In this document: one piece after another, positions 15,770 through 64,000 of the stretch
How the letters are laid out: each line of letters starts with the position of its first letter
Position numbering within the stretch: the first letter of the stretch is position 1
The notes under the pieces: generated by a model
The model's input: the letters and a program-made list of their open reading frames with translations, nothing else
Databases searched by the model: none
What the model was told of the DNA's origin: nothing
Assembly: GCA_964016885.1 (NCBI GenBank)
Contig: OZ024749.1
Location: forward strand, 54,436,001-54,500,000
Direction of reading: 5' to 3'
DNA length: 64,000 nt
DNA from: Eledone cirrhosa
Taxonomy: Eukaryota
Position numbers and translations under genes: made by a program

Positions 15770-16375
15770 TATTATAAGATATCATGTACCAAATCTACCA
15801 TGAGATATATTGTACTAAACCTACCGTATCTATCATGAAATATCATGTACTAAACCTACCGTGTTTATTATGAGATATCATGTACTAAACCTACTGTGTC
15901 TATCATGAGATATCATGTACTAAACCTACCGTATCTATCATGAAATATCATGTACTAAACCTACTGTGTCTATCATGAGATATCATGTACTAAACCTACC
16001 GTATCTATCATGAGATATCATGTACTAAACCTACTGTGTCTATCATGAGATATCATGTACTAAACCTACTGTATCTATCATGAAATATCATGTACTAAAC
16101 CTACTGTGTCTATCATGAAATATCATGTACTAAACCTACTGTGTCTATCATGAGATATCATGTACTAAACCTACCGTATCTATCATGAGATATCATGTAC
16201 TAAACCTACTGTGTCTATCATGAGATATCATGTACTAAACCTACTGTATCTATCATGAGATATCATGTACTAAACCTACTGTATCTATCATGAAATATCA
16301 TGTACTAAACCTACTGTGTCTATCATGAGATATCATGTACTAAACCTACCGTATCTATCATGAGATATCAAGTAC
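15770..16375. repeat. 35-bp minisatellite, about 17 copies
   Basis: tatcatgaRatatcatgtactaaacctacYgtRtc. Confidence 0.95.
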
Positions 16376-16548
16376 TGAAATTTCGATTCCCAGTTTTATT
16401 TCATTAGTAATACACTCTAAGCAATCGTGATAATTACAATTCAACTTTTTCTTCTCATTTAAAATAATTATTAAATTGAGTTCGTAATACGTTGAAGGTT
16501 CGTTGTGACGTAAATAACTCATCTGTGTCTCATGTTGTCTCAGCGGCA

Positions 16549-16672
16549 CGTTCGGCTACCAACCCTGGTGACACCTTCTTCAGTGGCACCTTGGTGCGTT
16601 CGGCTACCAACCCAGATGACACCTTCTTCAGTGGAACCTTGGTGCGTTCGGCTACCAACCCTGGTGACACCT
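16549..16672. repeat. 48-bp tandem repeat, about 2.5 copies
   Basis: cgttcggctaccaaccctggtgacaccttcttcagtggcaccttggtg. Confidence 0.9.
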
Positions 16673-17683
16673 ACAGGCCGAAGAGGGCAAACTATCAAAG
16701 TATCGGCCGTTATTCGATGGGTTTGTGGTCGAGTCTTTGGCAATGGAGACTTCTGGTGTTCTTGGAGCCTCCCTCCCGGACCACAACCCTACTCAATTCT
16801 ATCGGAGCGGAGTTGACTACCCACAGGTACAAGCCCCGTGAGGTGGAGTAACTGTTCCAGTGTGTCTCCCTTACCATCCTCCAGGACAATGTCTTCTGCT
16901 GGGACCACGAGGTGGAGTGACCCTTGAACTGTAGTAAAAGATGGTTTCTCTTGTTGTAGAAGAAGATCTCCTCTATCAGAAACCTCAGACACCAGGCCAC
17001 CGTAACAAGTTGACAGGAATTGACAAAGATGACCTATAAACCTTAATGACAGAGACTGCCAACGTGAAGCTGTATTAGATATTTCATATATACGTGTACA
17101 TACTTATATTTAAGTAACAGCCGTACTAAGAGTGAGAAATGAAATTTCGTTTCATTTTTTCTATATAGATGGTTAAGATAAGATGCAATATCCCAGCCTC
17201 AACTGCATCCTGCGGACAAAGTGACATCATAATCGAATATTTGTTTGTATAATTTTGTCAAGAAACAACCTATCTCTCCATTTATCTAGCACAACACTAC
17301 TACAACAAATATATCCAATTACGTGACGTGGTATTTGTCGTGACCTCAAATGTGAGATGTTTAGTGATGAATGAATGACTCACTCAATCGAATTTAACCC
17401 TCCACAAGTCACAAATCAATAAAGGAAACTTGATGTAGCCATTTCGACAAGTCAAAACCACCTCAAATTCCCGCCCTATCATCTTAACAAAAAGGATAGC
17501 GTGATTCCTTATATATAGTAAAATAAAATAACAAGGACGATTGGTTACTCCTTCATTACGTTTATTGATTGGTGACGCGCGTTTCGCCACTGATCAGCTC
17601 AAGGGTCGATCTGTATCGATCTAACCCGACTCTGAAATCCGCGGCTCGTCAGACCCCTTGTAATGGCACTCCCTGGATTTATA

Positions 17684-17753
<70 letters not shown>

Positions 17754-17769
17754 ATATTATATATATATA

Positions 17770-17815
<46 letters not shown>

Positions 17816-17919
17816 CAAATGTAATACGCAATAAATTGAGTTCCGATGCATCACTGATTTTTCGTTTTCCATTCTGTATATATATATAGGAGGATGAGGG
17901 GGTGGTTGGTTGGCTGGTT

Positions 17920-18422
17920 GAATTGTTGGTTGGTTGGTTGGTTGGTTGGTTGGTTGGTTGGTTGGTTGGTTGGTTGGTTGGTTGGTTGGTCGGTTGGTTG
18001 GTTGGTCGATTGGTTGGTTGGTTGGTTGGTTGGCTGGTTGGTTGGTTGAATGGTCGATTGGTTGGTTGGTCGGTTGGTTGGTTGGTTGGTTGGCTGGTTG
18101 GTTGGTTGGCTGGTTGGTTGGTTGGTTGGTTGGTTGGCTGGTTGGTTGGTTGGTTGTCTGGATAGTTGGTTGGTTGGTTGAATGGTCGATTGGTTGGTTG
18201 GTTGGTTGGCTGGTTGGCTGGTTGGTTGGTTGGTTGTCTGGATAGTTGGTTGGTTGGTTGAATGGTCGATTGGTTGGTTAGTTGGTTGGCTGGCTGGTTG
18301 GTTGGCTGGTTGGTTGGTTGGTCGGTCGGTTGGTTGGTTGGTTGGTTGGTTGGTTGGTCGGTTGGTTGGTTGGTTGGTTGGCTGGTTGGTTGGTTGGTTG
18401 GTTGGTTGGTTGGTTGGTTGGT
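17920..18422. repeat. (GGTT)n tetranucleotide array about 65 nt upstream of the first visible exon
   Basis: Direct reading. Confidence 0.95.
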
Positions 18423-18486
18423 TTTATTCCCTCCCTCTTCTCTTCAGAATTTAATGTCTTTTATCTTTAATCAATCTATTCCTCAG

Positions 18487-63759
<45,273 letters not shown>

Positions 63760-64000
63760 GTATATTAATTAAAAACTTCCCTCACCTATTACAAAAGAAT
63801 ATACATATATAGGTTGTGTTGGCAACACTACAACAAGCGCCCAGTTCTCACTGTAAAGTGGTCGTGTAAGTGTCATGACAAAAAGCACCCAGCCCACACT
63901 GTAAACTGGTGTGGGGCCCTGCCATGAGGCCATGCCATAGAGCCTCTTCTAGCCTGTAGCTGCTGCATCAAACATCAGTCATCACCCTTAAAATTCATAG

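Noticed and set aside
15770-16375. 35-bp array (and the 29-bp and 61-bp arrays) as CRISPR-like
   Set aside because: Head-to-tail repeats with no unique spacers, no cas genes, and a eukaryotic context.

Overview
AT-rich, microsatellite- and SINE-dense animal genomic DNA. The repeat landscape suggests a coleoid cephalopod such as Octopus (inference). Almost all ORFs in the supplied track are simple-repeat artefacts. The coding content is one large plus-strand gene: a Jitterbug/FLN-2-type filamin with three calponin-homology (CH) domains followed by filamin Ig repeats. I traced 33 GT-AG exons in one continuous reading frame from 18487 to 63759 (about 4740 nt, about 1580 codons): the end of CH1, CH2, CH3, 14 complete Ig repeats and most of a 15th. 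The gene is truncated at both ends. From 31788 on, the rod is built from a repeated four-exon/two-Ig-repeat module with all introns in phase 1. The introns hold several tRNA-derived SINE families, RTE LINE ends, hAT/mariner/piggyBac-like MITEs, Helitron ends, minisatellites and a 6.6 kb TA-based array. Most notable observations: (1) several unrelated short fold-back elements sitting at (TA)n tracts carry type-I hammerhead ribozyme folds (Penelope-like/retrozyme-like), and the most complete ones are antisense to the host gene; (2) an intronic relic of a duplicated filamin exon shows many synonymous changes; (3) a candidate internal first exon and a candidate microexon; (4) a tail-to-tail SINE pair that could form an ADAR substrate. 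All of this was read by eye, and repeat boundaries are approximate.
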